Part shown: positions 1 through 11,602 of the stretch, in pieces
Position numbering within the stretch: the stretch's first letter is position 1
Layout: each line of letters opens with the position of its first letter
Source: Podarcis tiliguerta
Lineage: Eukaryota
DNA: 64,000 nucleotides
Assembly (NCBI GenBank): GCA_965153285.1
Contig: OZ229115.1
Direction: 5' to 3' (one strand)
The notes under the pieces: model-generated
The model's input: only the letters and a program-made list of their open reading frames with translations
Told to the model about the DNA's origin: nothing
Databases searched by the model: none
Program-made: the position numbers and the translations under genes

Positions 1-599
1 TTTTCCTCTCTCTTTTTTACAATATTATAGCCAGAACAGAATTTCTTCGGCTAATTAAGTCATTGATTAAAAACATTAACAGGGTTATAAAAGAGTGCCC
101 TCCAGCCACAGTGTTTAGAGCAAAAGTGTGCTGAGCTTCCCAATATATCACCGCCTATGTCAAAGCCATGCCTCTTCCTAAGATGCCGAAGTTCTGCTAT
201 CCCTACATTCTTGGGTTTTGTTTTTTCAATCTGCTTTCTTAACCATTCTGAATATTATGAGCTTTTCCCTTGCTAGTCTATTTTCTAAACTAAAAACCCA
301 ACAGCCTCAGAAAATGTCTTTCCTTGGAGGGAAGGTGCTGTAATGTAGACAAAATGCTGCCATGGAAAGGGCAAGACAAACACACAAAGACAGCTGCACC
401 ACTGGTTATGTTCTTAATGCACATTTTAAAAAGAAGCAGGCGATCTTTCTCAAGGGATTTCCATTGGTGCTTCTTGGAAGACTGTTTAGGTGAGCTGTAA
501 GAGAAGGTGGCTCGGAGACACTGAATAAATAGAATGATTCATAAAGACCCTTGATAAAGAGAATGATTTTCTGAAAATGCATCAGAAACATGGTAAATG

Positions 600-965
600 G
601 TACACGTTTGTCTCTCCCCACCATCACCAATGCTCTGTGCTCCCCTGACCATTTTGCTTGCTCCTTTTCCAGCACCACAATGCCCTTTTTGAGATGGTGC
701 AACAGGAACTTCCACTCAGTATTCCAAACATAGCTATGCCGCAGATTTATAGAACGGCATTAAGATAACAGCCATTTTATGTCCAATCACTTTCCTAATA
801 ATCCCCTACATAAAATAAACCCTTTTCATTGCTCCTGAGCACTGAGTTGACATTTTCATTGAGCAATCCGCCAGGTGCCCAAAATCTCTTTCTTGAATAA
901 CCACAGTCAAAAAAGACCTGATCATTGGATATGGGGAATCAGGTTCATTCTCAATTCCACCAGGT
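600..965 (-). mobile_element. CR1 LINE fragment (degenerate ORF2 C-terminus)
   Basis: Minus strand reads ERDFG...SMKMSTQC...GIIRK...PFYKS...HLKKGIVVLEK, a decayed form of the CR1 RT C-terminal motifs (ERDLGV..MSxQC..LGIIRK..PHLKKDI..LEKVQ). Confidence 0.8.
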
Positions 966-2312
966 GCTTGTGAGGCATCATATAAACCCTTTAAGGCTTG
1001 CTAGTAGTACAGTTCAGTTTTAGAAATGAATTAGCCGCCGCCGATAGCTTTCCTCCAAAGGAGAATATAATCTCTGGGTGGTGGAGGAAGGTTGAGGCGA
1101 TAGTAAAGCCAAAAAGAGTTAAATTCTCTCCTTACATGCCACAGTCTGGATTCTGATCACCCCGGTTGCTTTAAAACAAACATAAAAGCTAAAATGTGAA
1201 ATGCAATTACACATTTCACAGATCACCTAGTTTGGCCTGCAAAACAGAGTCTGTCAAATTTTTAGCACAGGTTCACTTTTGTGGTAGTATTAAAACTATG
1301 TATCCCTTATTTCAATAAAAAAAATGTACCTCAGAAAAAATGTTTAATATTGAAGCGGAGGTTTCCCAATACAATTTTCCCCATCAGGGAGAACTGTGTT
1401 AATATGAATGAGCCCTGAGTAGCTGGATTGCTATTATTTATACTGAGTAATTGAACTACTACTTAATTATAAGAAATTGAATTACTGAGCAAGAGCAATT
1501 TTAGTCCAGCTATTAAATATGAATTGCAGACATGGATAATATTATTCTTCATGGCAAACTAAATAGCTAATATCAAGCAAGTTAGCCTCATTGTTAATGG
1601 GACACATTGTAAGCCAACAATCCGCAGGATGTTCTGCTGACAGAAGGTCCATTCAAATGAAGTGGATTTGTGTTGGCAGACCGCTTTGAGGACTGAAAAG
1701 ATGAATTCTTCATATGTGTAAGCAATATTACAGCAACTGACACACTTAAACTTGCTGAACAAATCACGCTACACAACTATAGAATTCCTCAGCCTCATTC
1801 CAGAGCATACTTCATTACAGCTATCCATCAGACAAAGCAGGATCCTGCCTACAAAAGCTTATGCCATAATGAAGGTGCAACACTATCCCTGATATCGTCT
1901 GACTGAGTAGCCCTTGAAAATGGTAGACCAGCCACTGAACCAGCGGAGAGGAGCCGCAATGGGGGAATGAGACCTCCACTGTGGGAACTTAGGCAAAGCT
2001 CCACAAGGAGGCCCATCAGCCCTGCTGACTATTAGCACACTGGGACTGACTGACTGACTGTCTTTCCTCATTTCCTTCCACCAGATGATAGCCTCCTTCA
2101 CCACAGCAGCAGCGACTATTCCACTTGTGAGCTCTGAGAGGCCTGCTCAGTGGAGACAAGAAGGCAGAGAATGGCATGTGTCAGAGGCCCCCTGCCCTGG
2201 TAACAGAAGCATCTTTGTACCACCCTCTTAGTCAGAGCCTCATCTTGGGGCTGGCTGAAATGAAGTACGTAGAAGGAAGGGATCTACCAGGCTACTACTA
2301 ACAAAGAAACTA

Positions 2313-2546
2313 CAGTGGTACCTCGGGTTACATATGCTTCAGGTTACATACGCTTCAGGTTACAGACTCCGCTAACCTAGAAATATTACCTCGGGTTAAG
2401 AACTTTGCTTCAGGATGAGAACAGAAATTGTGCAGCAGCGGCAGCAGGAGGCCCCATTAGCTAAAGCGGTGCTTCAGGTTAAGAACAGTTTTAGGTTAAG
2501 AATAGACCTTCAGAACAAATTAAGTTCTTAACCCGAGGTACCACTA
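2313..2546 (+). mobile_element. Tc1/mariner(Tigger)-type MITE
   Basis: Terminal inverted repeats CAGTGGTACCTCGGGTTA...TAACCCGAGGTACCACT with TA flanks; same family as 9230 and 13837. Confidence 0.85.
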
Positions 2547-2653
2547 TATATTGAAGGCAAAGTTAAAGCTTTTATTGAACAGTACCAGTTGCTGGTGGGT
2601 TGTGAACAATGGGTTAAATTACATAGTGCTTGGGCTCATGTCTTGAGGAGCAC

Positions 2654-2672
2654 CACACACACACACACACAC
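2654..2672. repeat. (CA)n microsatellite
   Basis: cacacacacacacacacac. Confidence 0.9.
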
Positions 2673-3977
2673 CTGAATCTTCTGAGATAAGGCTGCCAGG
2701 TGCACTGGGTTACCATAGCAACAGCACTGAGGTTGAGTACTGTATATGACTTGCTGAGTCATTCACCTTCCCATTTGTTCAGGAAATATGCCTACATGTA
2801 GAAATGGGTAAAATAGTCTCTATGGCATTGCTTTCATTGTGTCTGTCTGTTGCATGCCTTGATGCTATCCTGTTTGCTGTCAGAGTCTGACTCTGAATCT
2901 GTGAGAGTGAGGGGAAGAGGCTGTGGGTTTCTCCAAGGTTGGCGGATGCCCAAGCAGTAGCTCACGCTGAAGAGCTCTGAGAGCCAAGCAGTTGGATCTT
3001 TTGAGAGAAGAAGATTCGCTTCACCAATACGGTTTACCCAAGGTTGAGTTTTCCTGCGTTGCAAGAGGGGGAGAAGACTGGGTGAATCTGCCATCCGTTA
3101 ATAATATAGCATCAGTTACTGCATCTGCAAGGAAAGGTTCATCATTATCAATGAAAGGTGATTTGGGTTTTCTGCTCTTCATACACACCCATCTGCCTGC
3201 CTGCAAGACACAGTTCTTTGAAAGAGACAACTAATAATCACATCTCTTTTGAAAGCTACAGCTTGGTGAGCTCTGCAAAGCATTAATTCAGCCTAGCAAC
3301 ATCTCCCACAGGGAAAGCAGGACCACACATAGAGTGGGAATGTAGCAGTGAGAAACTAGCCATCTTGGAATTGTTCCAGCTCTCAGCCAAACAACAGTGT
3401 GTGTGCAGGGGTTGGGGGAAGTGCAGGTTAAGGATCACAAAATTCCTGTATGGGAAGCACCTCCATGCAGAAAATACATGCAGCCTGCTTATTGATTGTC
3501 CGCATTAGGCAATACCAGGCTGACACCAGTGCCTGGCTTTCTTGGGTAGCTACAGGACCCTGGCAAGGGCACAAAACAGCAAAAGCAAAAACAAAACCTA
3601 TCCCTGTATAATAAAGCAGAACCTTTAAATGTGGGGAAAATCATAGTGTGCAGCAGCAAAGGTAAAAAGGTAAATAACCAAAGCCAAGCTTAAGCCAGAG
3701 ATCTTTCTAAAAAGACAGATCCTTACTTGGAATTAGGGGTGTCAGAGGATACTTACGCAAACAAACAGGAGCAGAAATTATTGATACAGTATTTGCTTAT
3801 TTGTCCCACGTCCAGTATGGAAATCAATCCAGGAAATATTATCAGTATTCACTGTTACTTTCAGTCCACAAGTGATACATACTTACGTTTTTTGCCTCCA
3901 TTTCTATGACATTTCCTTTGCACTGAAATGAGTGGGGTAGAATAACACGATGCTGACATAACTTATGTAATTAATTA

Positions 3978-4237
3978 CCATATTTTTTGCTCTATAAGAC
4001 TCACTTTTTCCCTCCTAAAAAGTAAGGGGAAATGTGTGTGTGTCTTATGGAGCGAATGCAGGCTGCGCAGCTATCCCAGAAGCCAGAACAGCAAGAGGGA
4101 TTCCTGCTTTCACTGCACAGCAATCCCTCTTGCTGTTCTGGCTTCTGAGACTCAGAATATTTTTTTTTCTTGTTTTCCTCCTCCAAAAACTAGGTGTGTA
4201 TTGTGGTCTGGTGCGTCTTATAGAGCGAAAAATATGC
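3978..4237 (+). mobile_element. Tc1/pogo-type MITE with internal hairpin
   Basis: TIR-like ends CCATATTTTTTGCTCTATAAGAC / GTCTTATAGAGCGAAAAATATG, TA at left flank, internal 30-bp inverted repeat 4077-4147. Confidence 0.8.
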
Positions 4238-4344
4238 AAATTAACTAATTAAATTAACTAATTAAATTAAAAATATGCAAATTAACTAATTTTGTCCTAG
4301 TGGACAGCAAAATGAACAACAAAGTTTTTGGCAGAAGACAAACT

Positions 4345-4471
4345 ATTGGCATCCATCTGGCTCAAGAGACAATGGAGTACGCCTCTGGGGGTGAAGTCAG
4401 ACCGCTGCATTAACAACACCGAAGTGACCTCTCCAGCCCGCAGGCCTGGGCAGTGTGTATGGCGATCCTGG
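4345..4471 (-). mobile_element. Fragment of squamate RTE-related retroposon
   Basis: ggcatccatctg...gagacaatggagt..gcctctgggggtgaagtca...gaagtgacctc resembles a recalled lacertid interspersed repeat; family assignment from memory. Confidence 0.45.
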
Positions 4472-4767
4472 ACCTTCTTCCATCTCTACTAGGGACATCT
4501 AAAAACATTCAATGCTGGTGCTGCACAGGAAGGGAGGGCATTCCATGTAGACACCTTCTGGTTCTGGTGAGGGGTCCTGCTGCTCTGGTTCCTGTCCACT
4601 GACCTCCATCCCCTCACCATCATCTCCATCGCCCCATGAGTACTTCCTACACCAACTTCTCTTTCTGCATCCCCAGCTTGCCCTCTTCCTCATCCCCTTG
4701 TCCTGCCAGTTCATGACACTGCCTTCCATCAGCAGAAAGGCTAGCATAGCATACAATCCACATTGAG

Positions 4768-4900
4768 CAGGCCTGAGGAACCTTTAGCCCTCCAGATGTT
4801 ACTGGACCTCTCATCAGTCCCAACCAGCATGGACAAGGGGGGTTGAGAATGGGAGTTGGAGTCCAACAACATCTGCAGGGCAAAGGGTCCTTCAGTCCTG
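4768..4900. mobile_element. Degenerate palindromic hAT-type MITE
   Basis: gccctccagatgtt...aacatctgcagggc inverted arms; same family as 17520-17655. Confidence 0.65.
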
Positions 4901-5835
4901 ACACAGAATCACTTACCCTTTCCATGGTTCTTCACAGGCAGAGCAAAGAGGGGGGAAAGCTGAGCAAAGAGAACAATCCATCTTTGTCATGGCCCATGTA
5001 TTAATTATCTTCATCTTTCATGTTAGGAAAGTGCCCAATCTTGGTTATATATTTTCAGTTGTACAAAACAAACTTAATTTGGATTAATCATCATTTATTA
5101 ATGCATAAATAAGATTGCTGCAGCCAATGTTTTGCTATTAAATTGAGGAAAGACTATTTGCTACATTAACAAGAACATTAGCTAATAAAAACCATATTTA
5201 AAGCTATCATAATATTTCTTTATTTGCATAGAAAAATGACATAATAAAAGATAATTAGCAGCATGTGCACCAGTTCTACTACTCAATTTCCTCAGTTTAG
5301 ATAATTAATTATCGCAGAGAAATGCATCATTACGGCTAATTTTAGAAAATCCAGCAGCTGCAAGGTCATAGTGGTAACAATTTCAATGTGTAATTGGGGG
5401 AAAAACATGAAAGCAAGTCACATAATCTTTTATTAGATAATAATAATGAATCAGGCCCACATATGTAGTGAACACTTTAAAGAGAGAAAACGAATGCCAT
5501 AGTTTAGCAATGTTAGGAAAATAATCCTCAGTCATGAAAGTTAACAGGTTTTTCTCTGCATTGGTTCTACCAATGGAAAAAGATAGCCATTGTGTTACCC
5601 ATAAACATTTAGAACTGCTTGTTGGCCTAACATTTGTGGGTCAGCAACATGCTAAAGAGGGGTGGCACCCAGTTCGACTTCACAGTTGTCAAAATAGAGG
5701 TTTCATATGGGACCTGACATAACCAGAGGTACCACTGTATATTGTTTAGTTCTTATGGAGTAAATCTATTTCCAGTTACACCCAGGAGGCTAAGTCAGGA
5801 TTTCACCGATGACCCTATACACGGGCAAGGACAAT

Positions 5836-6075
5836 GAAGAAGAAGAGTTTGGATTTGATATCCCACTTTATCACTACCCGAAGGAGACTCAAAGCAGCTA
5901 ACATTCTCCTTTCCCTTCCTCTCCCACAACAAGCACTCTGTGAGGTGAGTGGGGCTGAGAGACTTCAAAGAAGTGTGACTGGCCCAAGGTCACCCAGCAG
6001 CTGCATGTGGAGGAGCGGAGACGCGAACCCGGTTCCCCAGATTACGAGACTACCACTCTTAACCACTACACCACA
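5836..6075 (-). mobile_element. Squam3-like (Ther1/MIR-derived) tRNA SINE
   Basis: Minus strand begins tgtggtgtagtggttaagag (A box)...gggttcgcgtc (B box), has the MIR-like core gggtgaccttgggccagtcac and ends in a (CTT)n tail. Confidence 0.85.
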
Positions 6076-6338
6076 AAGTTGCACTGTTGTAGGAAAGCTC
6101 TGCTAGCTTAGCACTACTGCTTCACTAGCAGGTATCCACTATCTGTTGACCACTGGCTGTGCAAGGGGGGAAACTGGCTGGAGCAGGGATGAGTGGAAGT
6201 TAGTTCAGAGCCTGTGCTGCCTCAGTGGTTGGTCCTGAGGTAATTTGATGTGATATTAGTGGTCACAGAGGCTAAAACACTCTCACTGAAGCTGGCACAG
6301 AGACCCAAATGACTCCCCTCTCACTTTCTTCCCCACAA

Positions 6339-6710
6339 CTAGGGTGGGCAAAGCTTGCCAGTTTCAGTTTTTGACATTCTTAAGTTCAGTTTCTCACATT
6401 TCCACATCAGTTGGTGAATTCTTTTAAAGAATCCTCATGAAAACCACCCCCATTTTACTGCAAATTTATCCTAATATACACATTTGTATCCAATTTTCTC
6501 TAACATACACATATTTGCAGAATAATTTCCCCTAGTATAACACTTGTTTATGCTATTTTTCTAATAATTGCATTTTTATGCAAATGTTATGCCAGTAAAA
6601 GCATTTTTTGCACACATTATTTTGCTGGAGAACTGCATTACAAAATTAAGAGAAGTGCAAATTTAAAAGAATTGCTGTGTTTTGGTACATGTATTGGAAA
6701 CTGTAGTTTG
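6339..6710. repeat. Interspersed repeat with internal ~30-35 bp degenerate subrepeats
   Basis: Recurrent cctaatatacacattt / ctaacatacacatattt / cctagtataacactt units. Confidence 0.5.
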
Positions 6711-6814
6711 CTAAGTGTTCTGGGAAGTGTAGCTCATAGGTAAACTACAACTCCCAGGATTCTTCAGAGGAGGGAAGTGTGATTAAAATATGTACACAGC
6801 AGCCTAAATCTATT

Positions 6815-6935
6815 CTGTTGAAAGCCACTCAGAGTGACTGGGGAAACCCAGCCAGATGGGCGGGGTAAGAATATTATTATAATTATTATTATTATTACTA
6901 CTACTACTACTACTACTACTATTACTATTATTATT
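6815..6935 (+). mobile_element. L2 LINE 3' end with (ATT)n/(ACT)n microsatellite tail
   Basis: aagccactcagagtgactggggaaacccagccagatgggcggggta followed by a compound trinucleotide tract; reverse complement of the end of the 11261 element. Confidence 0.75.
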
Positions 6936-7302
6936 AATGATGGCTCCAATATGGAAATATAGATCCAGTGAAACATTAAAACATCTTCCATATTTATTAA
7001 TCCAAAATATATTTTAGAATGGAGGCACAGTTATTTGGATTATCCTATTTGACTCTATCTTCCTACAAAGTCTATCAAGTATGCCATTCCTAGCATTGGG
7101 TGGTATTCAGCTACTATGTTTTACTCAGAGAGGACCCACTGGAATTAATAAACATAACTAAGTTGAGTCTCTTTGCCTCTGAAGTCGCTATATACTGTAG
7201 ATATAGAAGCATCTTTGAATACAATACTGCAAAATACAGTATTCAAAATATTAATTCAACCAAATAATATTTAAACTTTGCTATAATATTCTGCTGTAGG
7301 AA

Positions 7303-7650
7303 CCACGTGACCGTTGTAAAACCCACAACAAGGATCTCTTTCTGGACTCCACTGTGTAAGCATTACGTGATTTCTGGAGAACCTTGCTATTTCAATTTTG
7401 CTCCATTTCCACAGGAGGTAATATGCTAGCGTGCTATTGGGTTAGATGGCTGAAGATATCCCTCTCTCTTAAAGAGGATAAAAGGGGTTTCCTATTGAAA
7501 TGTGTGTTTTTTAAAAAAAGCAGCAACAGAAACAAAAACAAGTGAGTGAGCAGAGAACTTCAGAGATCTTTTATCTGATTATTGTTGCTAAGCAACAACT
7601 TTCTTGGTCTCCATGTGTTCCTGTCACATGATCTCTGTTGCCACGGAAAC
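7303..7650. promoter_or_regulatory. Candidate regulatory element: two RFX X-boxes plus two E-boxes
   Basis: GTTGCTAAGCAAC 7584-7596, GTTGCCACGGAAAC 7637-7650, CCACGTGACC 7303-7312, GTCACATGAT 7623-7632. Confidence 0.45.
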
Positions 7651-8441
7651 GACTCCCCTGATATCCATGTGCTCAGCATGTGTATTCCACTTTGCCGCTG
7701 GCTCTTGGAGAAAAGAAGGCAGTCATGCGGCATGCAACGAACTGCAGAACGAAGCAGAGAGTGGAGAAGAGCCATTTTCTTGGAAACTGGCTGCCTACAC
7801 AATCTTTGTTTGGGCAGCCTCCACCTGCACAAGTGGACTGTATTGGTCACCGATTCATCGTGGCTTATGGATATCCTTAGATTGGGATGTGTAGAACCTA
7901 ACATCATCAGTGCACAAGGCTTTAACACTCAGAGCACTCTTGATGTGGCAGCTCCTACCTCTCCCCCTCCCCTTTCCTTTTGCAGAGAAGAGAACATTCT
8001 GGGCAAACACAAACATCCATTAACAGATATGAATGCTTTGCCGGAATGTTCAGCTCTCAATTTTGTCAGAGAGGCATCGTGTCCTTCTTATATGAAGGTG
8101 TAATTAGAGATGGGATTTCCTATGTGATTGGTTATGTAAACAAAGCTACAGAATCAGGGCTTTCCATATGTATACAAACAGTGGTTTACATGCATGCAGG
8201 ATAATCACCCGAGGCCACCACAACACAGACTGACAATTGTTTTATGCAATATATTATACAAAGATAACATATGTTACAAAGACAAATAACGAATTTCTAC
8301 AGCAGAGCTGTGCAACAGCTTTGGCTCCTTTCAGATTTAAAGAATTTGAAGCCCCAAACTCACAGTGCTGGTATTAACCAAATCTCAAGAGGGTGAGCAT
8401 TGCACAGCATTGCCTTGGTGGAAAAGGTCCTTTCACAAGTT

Positions 8442-8797
8442 AAGGTAAAGGTAACGGGACTCCTGACCGTTAGGTCCAGTCGCGGATGACTCTGGGGTGG
8501 CAGCGCTCATCTCGATTTACTGGCCAAGGGAGCCGGCGTACAGCTTGCGGGTCATGTGGCCGACATGACTAAGCCACTTCTGGCGAACCAGAGCAGCACA
8601 CAGAAACACCATTTACCTTCCCGCCAGAGCAATACCTATTTATCTACTTGCACTTTGACGTGTTTTCGAACTGCTAGGATGGCAGGAGCAGGGACCAAGC
8701 AACAGGAGCTCACCCCGACGAGGGGATTTGAACTACCAACTTTCTGATCGGCAAGCCCTAGGCTCTGTGGTTAAACCCACAGCACCACCCATGTCCC
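8442..8797 (-). mobile_element. Sauria SINE, near full length
   Basis: Minus strand gggacatgggtggtgctgtgggtttaacc... tRNA-like head, (ACCTTT)n tail; homologous to 33111 and 62406. Confidence 0.92.
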
Positions 8798-9229
8798 AGT
8801 CACCCCATAGTTACCACATAGCAAATCCATGCTTATGTGGAATCACTATGCATAACCAAAGCAATAGAATTTAGTTGCAATAAAAGCAGTTGAGGAAAAA
8901 TAGAAGGGTAGTAATTAGTGAGGGTGGGTTGGGAAAACTGAAGGCTTGAGTGAGAATATTAAACAATTAGCAAACTCTAAAATGTTTATTAAAAGAAAGT
9001 TCAGGAAATATTGTGAGGCTCTTGCGGAATTAGAACAGAAAGAGCAACAAAAGTTACAGCTAAAAGATGCAAGCAGCATGAACATAAGGATGACATAGTT
9101 AAGGTCAAAGGAAGAAATGAGATCTGTTATCCAGAAAATATAATTTTAAGGAATATTCAGGAAGATTATGTTATAATCAGTAATCTCATATGGATTTCTA
9201 TTTGGACATATGGATTGCTTATATAAATA

Positions 9230-9454
9230 CAGTGGTACCTCGGGTTACAAACACTTCAGGTTACAAACTCCGCTAACCTGGAAGTAGTACCTTGGGCTGA
9301 GAACTTTTCCTCAGAATATGAACGGAAATCATGCGCCGGCGATGGGGCGGCAGCGGGAAGCCCCATTAGCAAAAGTGCATCTCAGGTTAAGAACAGTTTC
9401 AGGTTAAGAATGGACCTCTGGAACGAATTAAGTTCTTAACCCGAGGTACCACTG
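9230..9454 (+). mobile_element. Tc1/mariner(Tigger)-type MITE
   Basis: TA|CAGTGGTACCTCGGGTTA...TAACCCGAGGTACCACTG|TA, perfect TIRs and TA target duplication. Confidence 0.9.
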
Positions 9455-11260
9455 TATATATGTTTCAATAAGGATTGATGGATTATTCATATTGCTACTG
9501 TGACCTGCCATTCTTTACTTCATATATATATGGGGGGATGTAGTGTCTCTGGAAAATCTGCATGCAACTGGAAAATCTGCATGCAGTTTTGCTGGTGTCA
9601 GATAGTAACTTATAAAAGCTTTATGCATAATGTAAATTAGAGGATATTTTTGCAAGTCCGTTTCCAAGTATCCAATTATATTTCTCTTGGTGTCTCACCC
9701 CCATTTTAGCTGGTATTTATTTGTTATAGTTTGGGTGGTAATAAGTATTTGGACAAGCAGCTAATTCAATTGTTCAGTAGATACTATTAGTTCAAAATCT
9801 GCACAGTCTCTCAGCAAATGGTGCACTATTGGTTGTGTTTTTAATTTGTGGGAATTGAGAAAAATAAGTTCTGTGTGATCGAATAATTAATTTTTTAAAA
9901 AAGCATTTGATTCAACCATGGTCCACTCAAGGTTTAGTATTTCCCAAAAGCTCTTTCTTTCCATTTCAGCATTGTAATATATTGTCGTGAGAGATGATAA
10001 ACCAGGGCTAAATTGACTTTTAAATCTTTGCCATATAGTAAATACATTTCCCTAGCAGGGATATATTTTAATCTTAGTAAGATCTTATTGGCTTCAGTGA
10101 CAGAAAGTGTTCTTAATATGCTGACAAATCTTTTTGCTCAAGATTAATTGTTGTGTCTTTTCATACCAAAATTTCAAAAGTGATGGCACGGCCACTTTTA
10201 ATTCTATGTAACATAAGGAAATGGAAGGCAGCCTGTGAAAGCTTATTGGCACAGTGTTTTGGCTGTGATCCTGGGCTGTTTCAATTCCACAAAAAAATCT
10301 AACATAAACTTTTGCCAGTTTGAAAGCAAAGTGTTCACTACTTTTAAAGGAATGTTTGAAAATAAAAGGAGAGATTTGGGGCTGCATCCACTTTTTTTAT
10401 ATCATTATTTACCTCATTCATAAGTTTATCATGGTGAAATATAACCATATCTTTCAAATTCTGAGTTACTCAGATCCATTGATGTTTAATGAGACAGCCT
10501 TTCCAGGGGATAGTGTGTTTTTCGGCTATATTATCCTTAGCCTTCCTGGCAAGTGGGTCATTGTTGCTTACAGAGAGGAAGAGTGAAGCGGCAGCTGGGA
10601 GGTTGGCACAGTGCAAATACACTGGCAGGAACACCAGATTGGCTCTGCCAGTGTGTTTGCACCATGCCAACTTCCCCATTGCCTCACTGTCCTGTTTTAG
10701 GTCCTGCCCAGGCTGGGCAAGGCCCTCAAGCCACCCACAGACTGGGCACACAGCTAGCAGTTCAGGCAAGGGCACAGACAAAGACAAGGTCAAGAGGCAG
10801 TCCTGGTGCCTGGTGATGCAATGGCCGTAGTTCAAGTGAGTGCACAGGCTTGGAAGACATTATTCCAGTCTTGTTTTGAGGCTTCTAAGCCAATAGCTGC
10901 CGAATCCTACCCAGAGCTTAGCTGAAGCCCCTTAGAGGTTTATGCAGAAGGTTCTCCTTGTGAGGACTTGCACTTTACTCACTAGGAGTCTTCCTTTGTA
11001 ACTGAACACTTATCCTGACTTTAAGGATATTGATTTGCCTCTTAAGATGCTGGGACTTGGGGTTTGTTTTGCCTCTACTTCAGAGGCCAAGCTTTGTTTC
11101 TGCCAGTCTCTCCCAAGGGTCCTGGGTCCTGCTTGAATATTGTTCTGGGTTGTTCCTGAGAGCTGCCAGACTCTGGGGGTTCTAGAGCATGTATCTTTAA
11201 CCTTTTCAGACCCCAGTACCTACATAAAATGAAGCTAAGCACTAAGGAATAGGAATAGTA

Positions 11261-11602
11261 ATTTATTTATATGCCACCCATCTGACTGAGTTGTCCCAGC
11301 TACTCTAAGTGGCTTCCAACAAAATATTAAAAACACAATAAAACATCAAACATTTAAAATTTTCCTAAATAGGGTTGCCTTCAGATGTCTTCTAAAAGTC
11401 AGATAGTTGTTTATTTCCTTGACATCTGATGGGAGGGCATTGCAGAGGGCAGGCACCACTACCGAGAAGGCACTCTGACTGGTTCCCTGTAACCTCACTT
11501 CTCGCAATGAGGGCACCGCCAGAAGGCCCTCAGAGCTGGATCTCAGTGTCCAGGCAGAACAATGTGGGTAGAGATGCTCCTTCAGGTATACAAGGCCAAA
11601 GC
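11261..11602 (-). mobile_element. L2 LINE 3' fragment
   Basis: Minus-strand 3' end ...ttggaagccacttagagtagctgggacaactcagtcagatgggtggcatataaataaat, with upstream ORF2-derived sequence. Confidence 0.8.

Noticed and set aside
2834-2898. Calling the terminal segment ADIG (adipogenin)
   Set aside because: Only D-S-E and synteny agree; no hydrophobic MKYP...FWFCLP-like first exon was found, so no gene symbol is assigned.
5990-6075. tRNA-like A/B boxes here and in the Sauria SINE heads
   Set aside because: They are SINE heads continuous with SINE bodies, not tRNA genes.
7582-8103. 173-aa plus-strand ORF and overlapping ORFs
   Set aside because: Non-ATG start, no recognisable domain or splice structure; more likely chance openness within a regulatory element.
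9549-9586. 19-bp tandem duplication ctggaaaatctgcatgca
   Set aside because: Ordinary slippage duplication; only two copies, no array.
8900-10500. Possible highly decayed L1-like element (KAYWHSVLAVI motif near 10235)
   Set aside because: Too degenerate to delimit or classify by eye.
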